Positions 16,900 through 24,985 of a DNA stretch of 64,000 bases are shown piece by piece (position 1 is the first letter of the stretch; each line of letters starts with the position of its first letter). Location: the IMG/VR virus record IMGVR_UViG_3300023174_000040, positions 186,001 through 250,000 of that record. The stretch is one strand, 5' to 3'. The notes beneath the pieces were generated by a model. The model did no database searches. It was not told where the DNA came from and worked only from the letters and a program-made list of their open reading frames with translations. Made by a program: the position numbers and the translations under genes.

Positions 16900-17847
16900 T
16901 CAATCAGCTGCTATTGGGGATCCGTCTTCGGCGGAGATTACGTCTCTATTCTCGGCCAAAATCCTTGTTACTGGGCTGCCAACATGTGTTGTGCTTAATC
17001 TTAAATTTAATATTTGTTTTGGAAGTCTATATAATGGTCTTTTCCAAAATCTATGGTTCACGTTCTTTGTCAGCTTGTTATGGCCATGAGATCTAATAAT
17101 TTTGGTTTGAGATAACGGAGAAGCCGTAGTTGTGGTGGTTGTTGTGGTTGTGGTTGTTATAGTCTCTTCACATAAAAAACTTGAACCTTCCCAAGAAACC
17201 GATCCGTTGTTAGTGGCAATCTTTCCAAGTCCGCTACTATCATCTAGATAAGCCCCAGAACTATTAGTCAGCAATAAAAGTTTGGTGCCAGTTACAACAG
17301 GTAATTCAGAAGTTGGAACTGTTATTGAGCTCTGTGTTCCGTCGTATACCGAGTTTCCCTTGACCCATCTAAAATTGGTTATTTTACCATTCCAGTAATT
17401 TCCGCTACCGTATCCTATTTGTAATTGATCACTTGAATTTGTTACGTTGTTAGGTGTTGAGACATTTAATATTCTAGTTCCATTTTTATAGACAGAGGAG
17501 ACTCCGCTTTGTCTTACCACTGCAAAGTGGACCCATTGATTTAAATAATTTGATAAAATTACTGGACCATAGTACACACTCCCGTTATTTACCCAAAGTA
17601 AAAAATTGCCACTTTCAATACTTACAGCTATTGAGTGAGTGTTCCACTCGCCCACTTGAAATAATCTGCTATAACTTGGCGGTGATGCTTGTGTTTGATA
17701 TTGCCACCATTCGATGCAAAAATCTCCTGCACCCAAAGCCCAATCATTGCTACCAGCATAAGAAATATACTTGCCACTGGCCCCAAATACAAGGCTACCA
17801 TGGTTACATTCTGATAGGGCTCTGATGGATTTTGGTTGTTTTGACAT
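16900..17847 (-). CDS. LamG/ConA-like jelly-roll protein with Thr linker (putative virion fibre or decoration)
   Basis: DFCIEWW...NQWVHFAVVRQSG...VYKNG...WNGKITNFRW; poly-Thr near 17126-17163. Confidence 0.75.
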   Translation of the reverse strand: MSKQPKSIRALSECNHGSLVFGASGKYISYAGSNDWALGAGDFCIEWWQYQTQASPPSYSRLFQVGEWNTHSIAVSIESGNFLLWVNNGSVYYGPVILSNYLNQWVHFAVVRQSGVSSVYKNGTRILNVSTPNNVTNSSDQLQIGYGSGNYWNGKITNFRWVKGNSVYDGTQSSITVPTSELPVVTGTKLLLLTNSSGAYLDDSSGLGKIATNNGSVSWEGSSFLCEETITTTTTTTTTTTASPLSQTKIIRSHGHNKLTKNVNHRFWKRPLYRLPKQILNLRLSTTHVGSPVTRILAENRDVISAEDGSPIAAD

Positions 17848-17883
17848 ATTTTAAAACCTCCATGAAAAGATTTTTAGGAGGCG

Positions 17884-18696
17884 TTATGGAATAACCAAAT
17901 CGGCATCGGCCAACACATATGGAATCTCTGTTACAGTATTCGGATTGACGTTGGTTCCAGAGTATGTGTAGGTTATCTTTCTGGCAAATGCCCCAGCAAC
18001 AGCACCGGTGGGATACTCTATTATTTGTGTTATTCTATCGCTGCCGTCAACAGTTAATTTTTGGCAAGTAAACAGTCCAGATGCTCTGCCTGCTATCAAT
18101 TCCCAGTCTTGTTTCATATCGGAAGGCGAGAATCCGGCACTCTCTATGATATCTTGATCTGCAGAATCATTTTCATCAAGAAGAACGAGTTGGCCAGCAG
18201 AATCAGGAAAATTAAATCTATTTTCAATTGTGTGTCTTGCAAAATAAGAAGGCAATTCAGAGACGCCAGCTTTTTTATTGAATCTCAAAGATAGTTCGGC
18301 CCCAGTATTACTTATCCATAACTTTATTTCTCTTGTATTTCTATTTGGTTTAGCAGTAATAACTACAGCGGATCCATTTACATTGGCATAAAACATGCTT
18401 GAGAATGTTTCATCAGAGTTTAATGCATTACAAACTTCACTTGCTGTAGTGGCCGATGAATTTGCTCCCGACACATCAATTGAAAGAGCTGAGTAATTTT
18501 TAAATTCAGTGTCATATGCGTAATTTAATGTCAAAATTTCTTTACCGTCTAAATCCCATGGACCAACATTATAAGTTGATTGAAAATTAGAGCTATTTTG
18601 ATTTGCAGGACATGTGAATGTTAGTGAATATTTCTTATCGTCTAAGGTCCAGTTTCCCCTAAATTCCGAATTAAATAAATTTTGAAAAAAAGACAT
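17884..18696 (-). CDS. Hypothetical, probably structural protein
   Basis: 270-aa ORF rich in beta-strand-like and Ser/Asn/Thr sequence; co-oriented with the LamG gene. Confidence 0.6.
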   Translation of the reverse strand: MSFFQNLFNSEFRGNWTLDDKKYSLTFTCPANQNSSNFQSTYNVGPWDLDGKEILTLNYAYDTEFKNYSALSIDVSGANSSATTASEVCNALNSDETFSSMFYANVNGSAVVITAKPNRNTREIKLWISNTGAELSLRFNKKAGVSELPSYFARHTIENRFNFPDSAGQLVLLDENDSADQDIIESAGFSPSDMKQDWELIAGRASGLFTCQKLTVDGSDRITQIIEYPTGAVAGAFARKITYTYSGTNVNPNTVTEIPYVLADADLVIP

Positions 18697-18764
18697 TTTT
18701 ATCCTCTGTTTTGCTTTGATTGTATAAGATGCTTAATCTTATATAGTAATATTTTAGAGAATAT

Positions 18765-19394
18765 TCAATTGATTGGTATGCTAATTATGGCATTTTGGCC
18801 TTTAGTTGCTTCTAAAATATTATTCTTTAAGTTCTCGACTTCTTTCATATTGTTTTCATCAACTTTTTTATCCATATTCTTAATAAAAAACTTTGGAATC
18901 ATTTTCTTTACCAAGAGTTTACTCTCGATTTCAACTAAGGTTTTATCTTTTTGGTCTTCTTCAAAGAATTTTATAGTTCTTTCACATACAATTATGTTCT
19001 TGCCAGGTGAAACTAGACTAGTTTTTATGATCATAACGTTGTTTTTTAGATTAATATCTTGATAAAACTCTAATTTTTGTTTGCCCAAGTCGCTATCCTT
19101 GGTCTCAATAGTAAAAATTAATCTTCCATCAACGTTCCATTGTCTTGGTTTGCGGATTCTCACCACTTCAAGGTTTAAATACTCCCATTTTTTGTCCAGT
19201 AGAACAGCATTGTTTTGCTCAACTATTTTTTCTAGTGAATTTTTTGTTGAAAAATCCTTCAAAACACTAAGATAGGGCTTATTTACCTCAAAAGATTGCT
19301 TGATATTGCTCTGTTTGGTGTGATTTTCATTTAAAAAACACAAAATTGCACAAGAAATCAACAAAATTAAGACTAAGCTCTTGAAAATTTTCAT
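18765..19394 (-). CDS. Hypothetical secreted or membrane-anchored protein
   Basis: N-terminal MKIFKSLVLILLISCAILCFL signal/anchor. Confidence 0.65.
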   Translation of the reverse strand: MKIFKSLVLILLISCAILCFLNENHTKQSNIKQSFEVNKPYLSVLKDFSTKNSLEKIVEQNNAVLLDKKWEYLNLEVVRIRKPRQWNVDGRLIFTIETKDSDLGKQKLEFYQDINLKNNVMIIKTSLVSPGKNIIVCERTIKFFEEDQKDKTLVEIESKLLVKKMIPKFFIKNMDKKVDENNMKEVENLKNNILEATKGQNAIISIPIN

Positions 19395-19545
19395 TTTTTA
19401 TCCTTTTTTGGCCTATGTAAAGCAATTTTACTTTTATATTTGTATATTTTAAGCTAATATTCAATTGATTTTAGTGATTTTGATCAATTTTATTACTATT
19501 TCCATAGTATATATTGGAAACCATCAAATGTTGAGCAAAAATAAC

Positions 19546-20778
19546 ATGAAATTCAAAAATTGGCTACTAAAAGAGGAAGAACAGTACCATGCAATGAGTG
19601 CTTCCATACCAATGCCATCAGAAGTAGATATTTTAAGTGACATATTTAAAAAATTTGGAGCAAAATTATACGCAGTTGGTGGCGCAATAAGAGATTACTT
19701 GTATCACATATTTCATCAAAAGCATGTTCCGTATAATCCGAAAGATGTTGACCTGGCAACGGATCAAACACCGGATCAGGTGATCAAAATACTGAGTTCT
19801 AAAGAAGCAGTAGAGAATGGAATAAAAGTTTTTCCAAAAGGAGAAAGTTTTGGTGTAATAAGTGCCATTATAAATGGAAAAGAATTCGAAATAGCAACAT
19901 TCAGGACCGAGTTTTACGATCCAGAAAAAGGAGATGGAAGAAGACCCGATAAAGTCTCATATAGCAGCCCGGGTTTGGATGCAAAACGCAGAGATCTCAA
20001 CATTAACGCCCTCTTTTATGATTTAAAAGATAAGCAAATCCGTGATTATAACCTCGATCACAAAGGAGAGGGCGAGGGATTCAAAGATATAAAGAATCTT
20101 TCTGTTAGAAGTGTTGGTGATCCCGAGGAAAGATTCAGAGAGGATAAACTTAGAGTGTTGAGACTTGTTAGATTCTTCTCTAGATTCAACGATGACATTA
20201 TTACAAGTCATTTAGATCAAAAAACAATAAGTGCAGTTGAGAAATTCAAAGATTTAAAAGGTGTTAGTGGAGAAAGAATTGCAAATGAATTTTTGTCGGG
20301 GTTGAGTAAATGCAAGAATATTAAAAATTATATTATGAACTATAAGGCGTTAGATTTATTGTCAACAATTTTTCCCGGATTGAATGTTGATTTAAGCTCA
20401 GAGATAGATTCTCACGATCCAATTGCGGTGATGAGTCTAATTTTTAAAAATAATGATCCAAATAAATTAAGATCAAAACTAAATGAATTAAAATATTCAA
20501 ATGAAATAGCAGACACAGTTGCGTTTATTCTAAAAGTAGCTTATGATTTAAATAAATCCAATATCATAAGAATGATAAGGATGAGGGATAATTTAAGCGA
20601 CAAGCTTAAAAAATCTTTTATGGAATTTGGTAAGATAAGTGGTCTACAGAGAGAGATCAAATATTTTTTAATGTATAAGCAAGTCACAAAATCAGAAGAT
20701 TATATGCATTTAAAAGGAAAAGAAATAAGCGACAGAATGAATGATGATGAATATTCTAATTTTAGAAATAATACATAA
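19546..20778 (+). CDS. cca: Class II CCA-adding tRNA nucleotidyltransferase with CTS-like N-terminus
   Basis: Motif A GGAIRD...DVD, flexible loop RTEFY...RRPD, motif B RRDLNINA, motif D EDKLR. Probable start MKFKNWLLKEE at 19546. Confidence 0.9.
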   Translation: MKFKNWLLKEEEQYHAMSASIPMPSEVDILSDIFKKFGAKLYAVGGAIRDYLYHIFHQKHVPYNPKDVDLATDQTPDQVIKILSSKEAVENGIKVFPKGESFGVISAIINGKEFEIATFRTEFYDPEKGDGRRPDKVSYSSPGLDAKRRDLNINALFYDLKDKQIRDYNLDHKGEGEGFKDIKNLSVRSVGDPEERFREDKLRVLRLVRFFSRFNDDIITSHLDQKTISAVEKFKDLKGVSGERIANEFLSGLSKCKNIKNYIMNYKALDLLSTIFPGLNVDLSSEIDSHDPIAVMSLIFKNNDPNKLRSKLNELKYSNEIADTVAFILKVAYDLNKSNIIRMIRMRDNLSDKLKKSFMEFGKISGLQREIKYFLMYKQVTKSEDYMHLKGKEISDRMNDDEYSNFRNNT

Positions 20779-20783
20779 TTTAT

Positions 20784-20987
20784 ATGAATAATTTAATTTA
20801 CACGTTACCGATAATAGTTTTCTTTTCTTGTCTTTTTTCTTACTTGTATTTAAATCATCAGAAGAAGAAATCATTTGTAATAGCAGGAGGATGCACAATT
20901 GGGGTAATTACTATGATCATGGTAATATCTGCAATATGCTCCATAATACAATTCTTCTGGTTTGTATACCGAAATATATTTTACTAG
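20784..20987 (+). CDS. Small two-TM membrane protein
   Basis: 67 aa, two hydrophobic helices separated by HQKKKS. Confidence 0.6.
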   Translation: MNNLIYTLPIIVFFSCLFSYLYLNHQKKKSFVIAGGCTIGVITMIMVISAICSIIQFFWFVYRNIFY

Positions 20988-21016
20988 TTGACTGTTTGTC
21001 AATAAACATATAGAAT
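20988..21016 (+). promoter_or_regulatory. Sigma70-type promoter, probably giving a leaderless mRNA
   Basis: TTGACT-N17-TAGAAT; ATG 21024 lies 7 nt after the -10 box. Confidence 0.6.
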
Positions 21017-21023
21017 TATATTC

Positions 21024-21674
21024 ATGAATATTGAATATAGTTTAAAACAAATATATCCAAGAATTTTTGCGGTAATTATAAAAGATAATTACGATAGAGC
21101 AAATTTATTCTGCCGTGTCCAAGAATATTATGAATCAAAAAATGAAGAGTTCGCCGGCAAGGCATTCTCTATTTTTGATTATTATAGATGGTATAGTAAA
21201 AAGCACGGGGACAGTTTCACCTATGCTTCTGACTGGTCTGGTTTTAATTTACCTTTAAAGACCGCTGTAGACTGTCAGAAAAAAAGTGTTGTTGAGACTC
21301 CATATGATTTGATAATGAATGAAATACTAAGAAAAATATCAAGTATAAACAAAAAAGAAATAGGATATATTATAGGAATCAGATCACTTAACAGCGTCAC
21401 ATTTAGACATGAGCTTTGTCATGCATTTTATTATTCTGATGAGGCTTATAAAAATCAGATGGACGATATAACCAACACAATAAGTAAAAAAGATTTCAAT
21501 AAAATGAAAAAATGTTTAACCGACCTTGGATATAATCCCAAAGTTATTAAAGATGAAATTCAAGCATATATGGCTACAGAAATGGATGCTGAGTTATGCA
21601 AGAGCGTCAGAACAAAAAAAGAACTGCACAATAAATATAAAAAAGTTTTTAAACTATTCTTGACTAGGTATTAA
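21024..21674 (+). CDS. Putative zincin-like metallopeptidase
   Basis: HELCH (HExxH) with a downstream DEIQAY third-ligand motif. Confidence 0.55.
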   Translation: MNIEYSLKQIYPRIFAVIIKDNYDRANLFCRVQEYYESKNEEFAGKAFSIFDYYRWYSKKHGDSFTYASDWSGFNLPLKTAVDCQKKSVVETPYDLIMNEILRKISSINKKEIGYIIGIRSLNSVTFRHELCHAFYYSDEAYKNQMDDITNTISKKDFNKMKKCLTDLGYNPKVIKDEIQAYMATEMDAELCKSVRTKKELHNKYKKVFKLFLTRY

Positions 21675-22592
21675 AATATTTCCCTTACCTGGGATTTTTT
21701 CTCTTGTTTTATAGTCATATATTGGTATTTCTTCTGCTGGGTAGTTTCTGAATAAAAATTCATTTAACATACTTTTATCAGGTACGACTTTATAATATGG
21801 TTGCTGTCCGGATTGAGAGTGACTATCTGCAAACATTTTCAAAAATTGTCCCACTGTTACATCTCTGTTATTTTTTACTTTATCGAAAGTTATTTTTAGT
21901 CTACTTGCAAAAACACCTCTTATGGATAAATCTTCTACGCTAGACGAGCTTATAATAAGAGCTTCTTCATATGCTCCGCTGTCCTCGCCATAGTCTACAT
22001 CGTTATTCTTCAGAATATCAAATATTCCAATAAACGGTCTTGTGTTGCTCCTATACTCTTTTGGAAGTTCGGGGAGCACCGATGCAGGTTTTGCACTTTG
22101 AAGATTCCTAAGTAATTCTCCATTAACATCAAATCCTTCCTGTATCCCTCCTGCAGCATGGCATGTATCGATAAGAACGACCAATCTCTTTACTTTTTTT
22201 ACAGATGCTATTGCCTTTAAAGCTTTGCTAAATTTAAAACTTCCTCCAGCAGCTGTCATTGCAAAATTTTGATTACTACCTCCTCCGTGGCTATTCAAAT
22301 AAAGCAATAGAGTTCCATTATTGCTTAACTTACCTGTTAGTTCTGATATTCTTTTATATATCTCGGCGGAACTAACGTTATGGTATTTCTCTGCCTTGAA
22401 TCCTAATTTACCATCAGAGAAAACTCCGTCTATTAATTCGAGGTTTTTCAGCCTGCCATTTTCATTGGTCATTGTAAATAACCCTGCGAGATTGCTTTCG
22501 CCATAATCAAAAGATAATCCTGTTTCTTTGACTTCAGCAAATAGACTAGAAGAGGCTAATAAGAATATAATTAAATAAATTAAGGTTTTCAT
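21654..22592 (-). CDS. Secreted caspase-like (clan CD; C14/C13-like) cysteine protease
   Basis: Signal peptide MKTLIYLIIFLLASSSLFA; catalytic-dyad motifs LYLNSHGGG and LIDTCHAAG. Confidence 0.7.
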   Translation of the reverse strand: MKTLIYLIIFLLASSSLFAEVKETGLSFDYGESNLAGLFTMTNENGRLKNLELIDGVFSDGKLGFKAEKYHNVSSAEIYKRISELTGKLSNNGTLLLYLNSHGGGSNQNFAMTAAGGSFKFSKALKAIASVKKVKRLVVLIDTCHAAGGIQEGFDVNGELLRNLQSAKPASVLPELPKEYRSNTRPFIGIFDILKNNDVDYGEDSGAYEEALIISSSSVEDLSIRGVFASRLKITFDKVKNNRDVTVGQFLKMFADSHSQSGQQPYYKVVPDKSMLNEFLFRNYPAEEIPIYDYKTREKIPGKGNILIPSQE

Positions 22593-22605
22593 ATAATAGT
22601 ATAGT

Positions 22606-22637
22606 AAAAAAAACAGGAAAGCATTTCTGCTTTCCTG
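22606..22637 (-). terminator. Rho-independent terminator (minus strand)
   Basis: 10-bp stem CAGGAAAGCA/TGCTTTCCTG with a 4-nt loop, followed by 8 T on the minus strand. Confidence 0.65.
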
Positions 22638-22704
22638 CCAAGGTCAACACCTTTGTTCCCATACCCGGAACACCAAACAATGTTGTATGTTAATATATAG
22701 TAGT

Positions 22705-23157
22705 ATGGATGAAAGAGATTTTCTCAATAGTAAAAATATAAAGGAATATAGAGACTTCGCATTTCGTGAAGATATGATGAAGTTTGCTGTTGGGGTTATA
22801 CTTGGAAATTCTTTCAATAAAGTTATAAATGGAATATCTGACTATCTATTAATGCCTATTTTTAAGTTTTTAGTTTCAAAGACAGGAGATGGATGGAGAA
22901 ACTGGGCATTCATTCCGTTTAACGGACTTGAGTTTGAAGTGGGAAGAATGATAGGTGTGCTTGTAGATTTTCTTTTAATTTCTTTTATTTTGTATTTAAT
23001 TTGTCAAAAGGGATTGGGTAGATTAAAAAGAAAAGAAGAGCCCGCAAAAGGTAAAAAATGTGAGTATTGTTGCAAAGAAATAGACACTGAAGCGAAAAAA
23101 TGTCCTTATTGCACCTCTGACGTCACATTACAAACATCAATCCCTCAAGACCATTGA
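22705..23157 (+). CDS. mscL: Large-conductance mechanosensitive channel MscL with C-terminal Zn ribbon
   Basis: IKEYRDFAFREDMMKFAVGVILG..F.K......LLMP (N-helix and TM1), TM2 VDFLLISFILYLI, C-terminal CEYC...CPYC. The ORF track starts at 22687. Confidence 0.85.
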   Translation: MDERDFLNSKNIKEYRDFAFREDMMKFAVGVILGNSFNKVINGISDYLLMPIFKFLVSKTGDGWRNWAFIPFNGLEFEVGRMIGVLVDFLLISFILYLICQKGLGRLKRKEEPAKGKKCEYCCKEIDTEAKKCPYCTSDVTLQTSIPQDH

Positions 23158-23944
23158 AGATAGTATCAAGATTATATTCGTATTTAACGGCATTATTGTG
23201 TAGCATTTCATTATATTCTCTGTATGCTGTTTCATCTACCATATTCTTTGTTCTATAGTTGGGTCTGCCCCAGGCCATCTTTCTGTCTATTATGAGGCTT
23301 TTAGGAAGGTCATTGAATGTTATTTTACCTGATATAATATACTGGGCCAATAGTTCATATACGAACTCATCGCTATTCCTCAGGATATTATTTCTTGCAC
23401 TTTTCATGGTGCCTACAGCTAAGAAGATTGCTTTTCTCTGCTTCTCATAGTCTGGCCGAAGGCTGCTATATCTGCCTGTGCTTATTCCATATACATATTG
23501 TAATATTTCATCGAAGTCTCTTCTGACTTCTTCATTAAAATGTCTTTCAAAAGTTTTATCACGTCTAATCGCATGGCCTAATCTATGGGCCATGGCCCAA
23601 GCTGTCATAGGTATTTTTTCTGCCCCAGTATTATTTGTGAATATAACGGTTATAGAATCTTCTTTTGGCTTTATATCAACTTCTAAATTCTCTTTAACCC
23701 ATTCCGGGGTCACCTGACCGACTTCGACATGTTTACTTGCCTTAAAACTCCTTAAAAAGTAAAATTCAAAATTACTCTTGCTGTTGCTCCAGTGCTTATG
23801 TATTTTTTCAACCGCCTTGGGATTTTCTAGTATTCCCGAGTCTTGTGTGTTATATCCGTATTTTCTCTTAGCTTCAGGTCCCCATTGACCCATTAGTTCA
23901 AAATTGGTTACAGGTGACTCGTTGATAAAATCTTTGAAGTTCAT
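23123..23944 (-). CDS. CTS-bearing hypothetical protein, possible degenerate zincin
   Basis: Starts MNFKDFINES; AHRLGH plus downstream DEFVYE. Confidence 0.65.
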   Translation of the reverse strand: MNFKDFINESPVTNFELMGQWGPEAKRKYGYNTQDSGILENPKAVEKIHKHWSNSKSNFEFYFLRSFKASKHVEVGQVTPEWVKENLEVDIKPKEDSITVIFTNNTGAEKIPMTAWAMAHRLGHAIRRDKTFERHFNEEVRRDFDEILQYVYGISTGRYSSLRPDYEKQRKAIFLAVGTMKSARNNILRNSDEFVYELLAQYIISGKITFNDLPKSLIIDRKMAWGRPNYRTKNMVDETAYREYNEMLHNNAVKYEYNLDTIFNGLEGLMFVM

Positions 23945-24291
23945 TTAGAATTTTTTTCTTGTATTAATAGTTCTCCTAAAACTTCCATTTTACCAAGTAG
24001 TTCCTGGAATGTTTTTTGGTTTACATCTTCTATGTTATCCATCATTGAATGAAGTTTTTCACAAAGCTTTTTATATTCTTCTTTGCTTTTTTCAAAGTCC
24101 ATCTTTCCTTCTAAGGCTTTTTTGTAGTAGGGAAGTTTGACGGCAAAGTGATAATGAGTAAGAAGGGCGGGACCACCTTTTTCTTCAGCCATCTCAGATA
24201 TCTTTTTTGCACCATCAAATCTTTTTTCTGAGAAATTATTAAATTTTTCAACTTGTTCAGTTAAACCGGCGAGTTTTAATATATCGTTCAT
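23941..24291 (-). CDS. Hypothetical protein
   Basis: 116-aa helical ORF; ATGA overlap with the downstream gene. Confidence 0.7.
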   Translation of the reverse strand: MNDILKLAGLTEQVEKFNNFSEKRFDGAKKISEMAEEKGGPALLTHYHFAVKLPYYKKALEGKMDFEKSKEEYKKLCEKLHSMMDNIEDVNQKTFQELLGKMEVLGELLIQEKNSK

Positions 24292-24312
24292 TTTTATCCT
24301 TTTTAATATATA

Positions 24313-24340
24313 TTGATTTGAACTAAAAATAATCTATAAT
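24313..24340 (+). promoter_or_regulatory. Sigma70-like promoter, probably leaderless
   Basis: TTGATT-N16-TATAAT, then 6 nt to ATG 24347. Confidence 0.45.
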
Positions 24341-24346
24341 TAAAGA

Positions 24347-24982
24347 ATGGATAAAATATTACAAAATGAAGATAAATTCGTAATCTACGATAACGTCCTC
24401 ACTCCAGAAGAGTTTAAAGGTATGTGGGATTGGTTTCAAACTCTAGATTATTCTTCTATAAACTCAAATGGATTCATGAAAGTTTGGAAATTGACTGACG
24501 GAAATCCCATGGGGAGTAAGGAATATAATGCTAAAGATTACCCATTCAAAAACCCACTTGATAAGGTTTATGAAAAAATAAACGAAATTAATAATAACCA
24601 TCCAGAAATTTTTGGCAAATGGAGTGAAGTCTTTTTAAGAGCATATATCTATGGAAGAGGAACTAAAATAAATTGGCACAACGACACTGGCTATACAGCA
24701 GCAGTTATATTTTATACTCATCCCTATTGGGGAGCAGGATGGGGTGGCGAGTTAATGTTGGCCGAGACCCCAAACATAGAGTATAAAAAGGAAAATGTAG
24801 GCGGACCTTTAGAGACTTGGTGGACAGATAAAATAATGAACTATGTTGCATGTGGGTATTATGTTCAACCAAAGCCAAACAGAATTGTGGCAACAAGAGG
24901 CGGGGTTTGGCATCAAATAAACAGAGTAGACGAAGATTCCGGGTCCAATTCACGGTGCTCTATAGTTGCTTTTTTCAAATAA
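24347..24982 (+). CDS. 2OG-Fe(II) oxygenase (prolyl-hydroxylase-like)
   Basis: WHND (HxD), WGGEL, PKPNR, distal WH and RCS. Confidence 0.85.
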   Translation: MDKILQNEDKFVIYDNVLTPEEFKGMWDWFQTLDYSSINSNGFMKVWKLTDGNPMGSKEYNAKDYPFKNPLDKVYEKINEINNNHPEIFGKWSEVFLRAYIYGRGTKINWHNDTGYTAAVIFYTHPYWGAGWGGELMLAETPNIEYKKENVGGPLETWWTDKIMNYVACGYYVQPKPNRIVATRGGVWHQINRVDEDSGSNSRCSIVAFFK

Positions 24983-24985
24983 TTA

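Noticed and set aside
19465-19545. Hydrophobic N-terminal extension of the CCA enzyme in the ORF track
   Set aside because: It begins at TTG in AT-rich intergenic DNA; ATG 19546 gives the CTS-like start shared with other genes.
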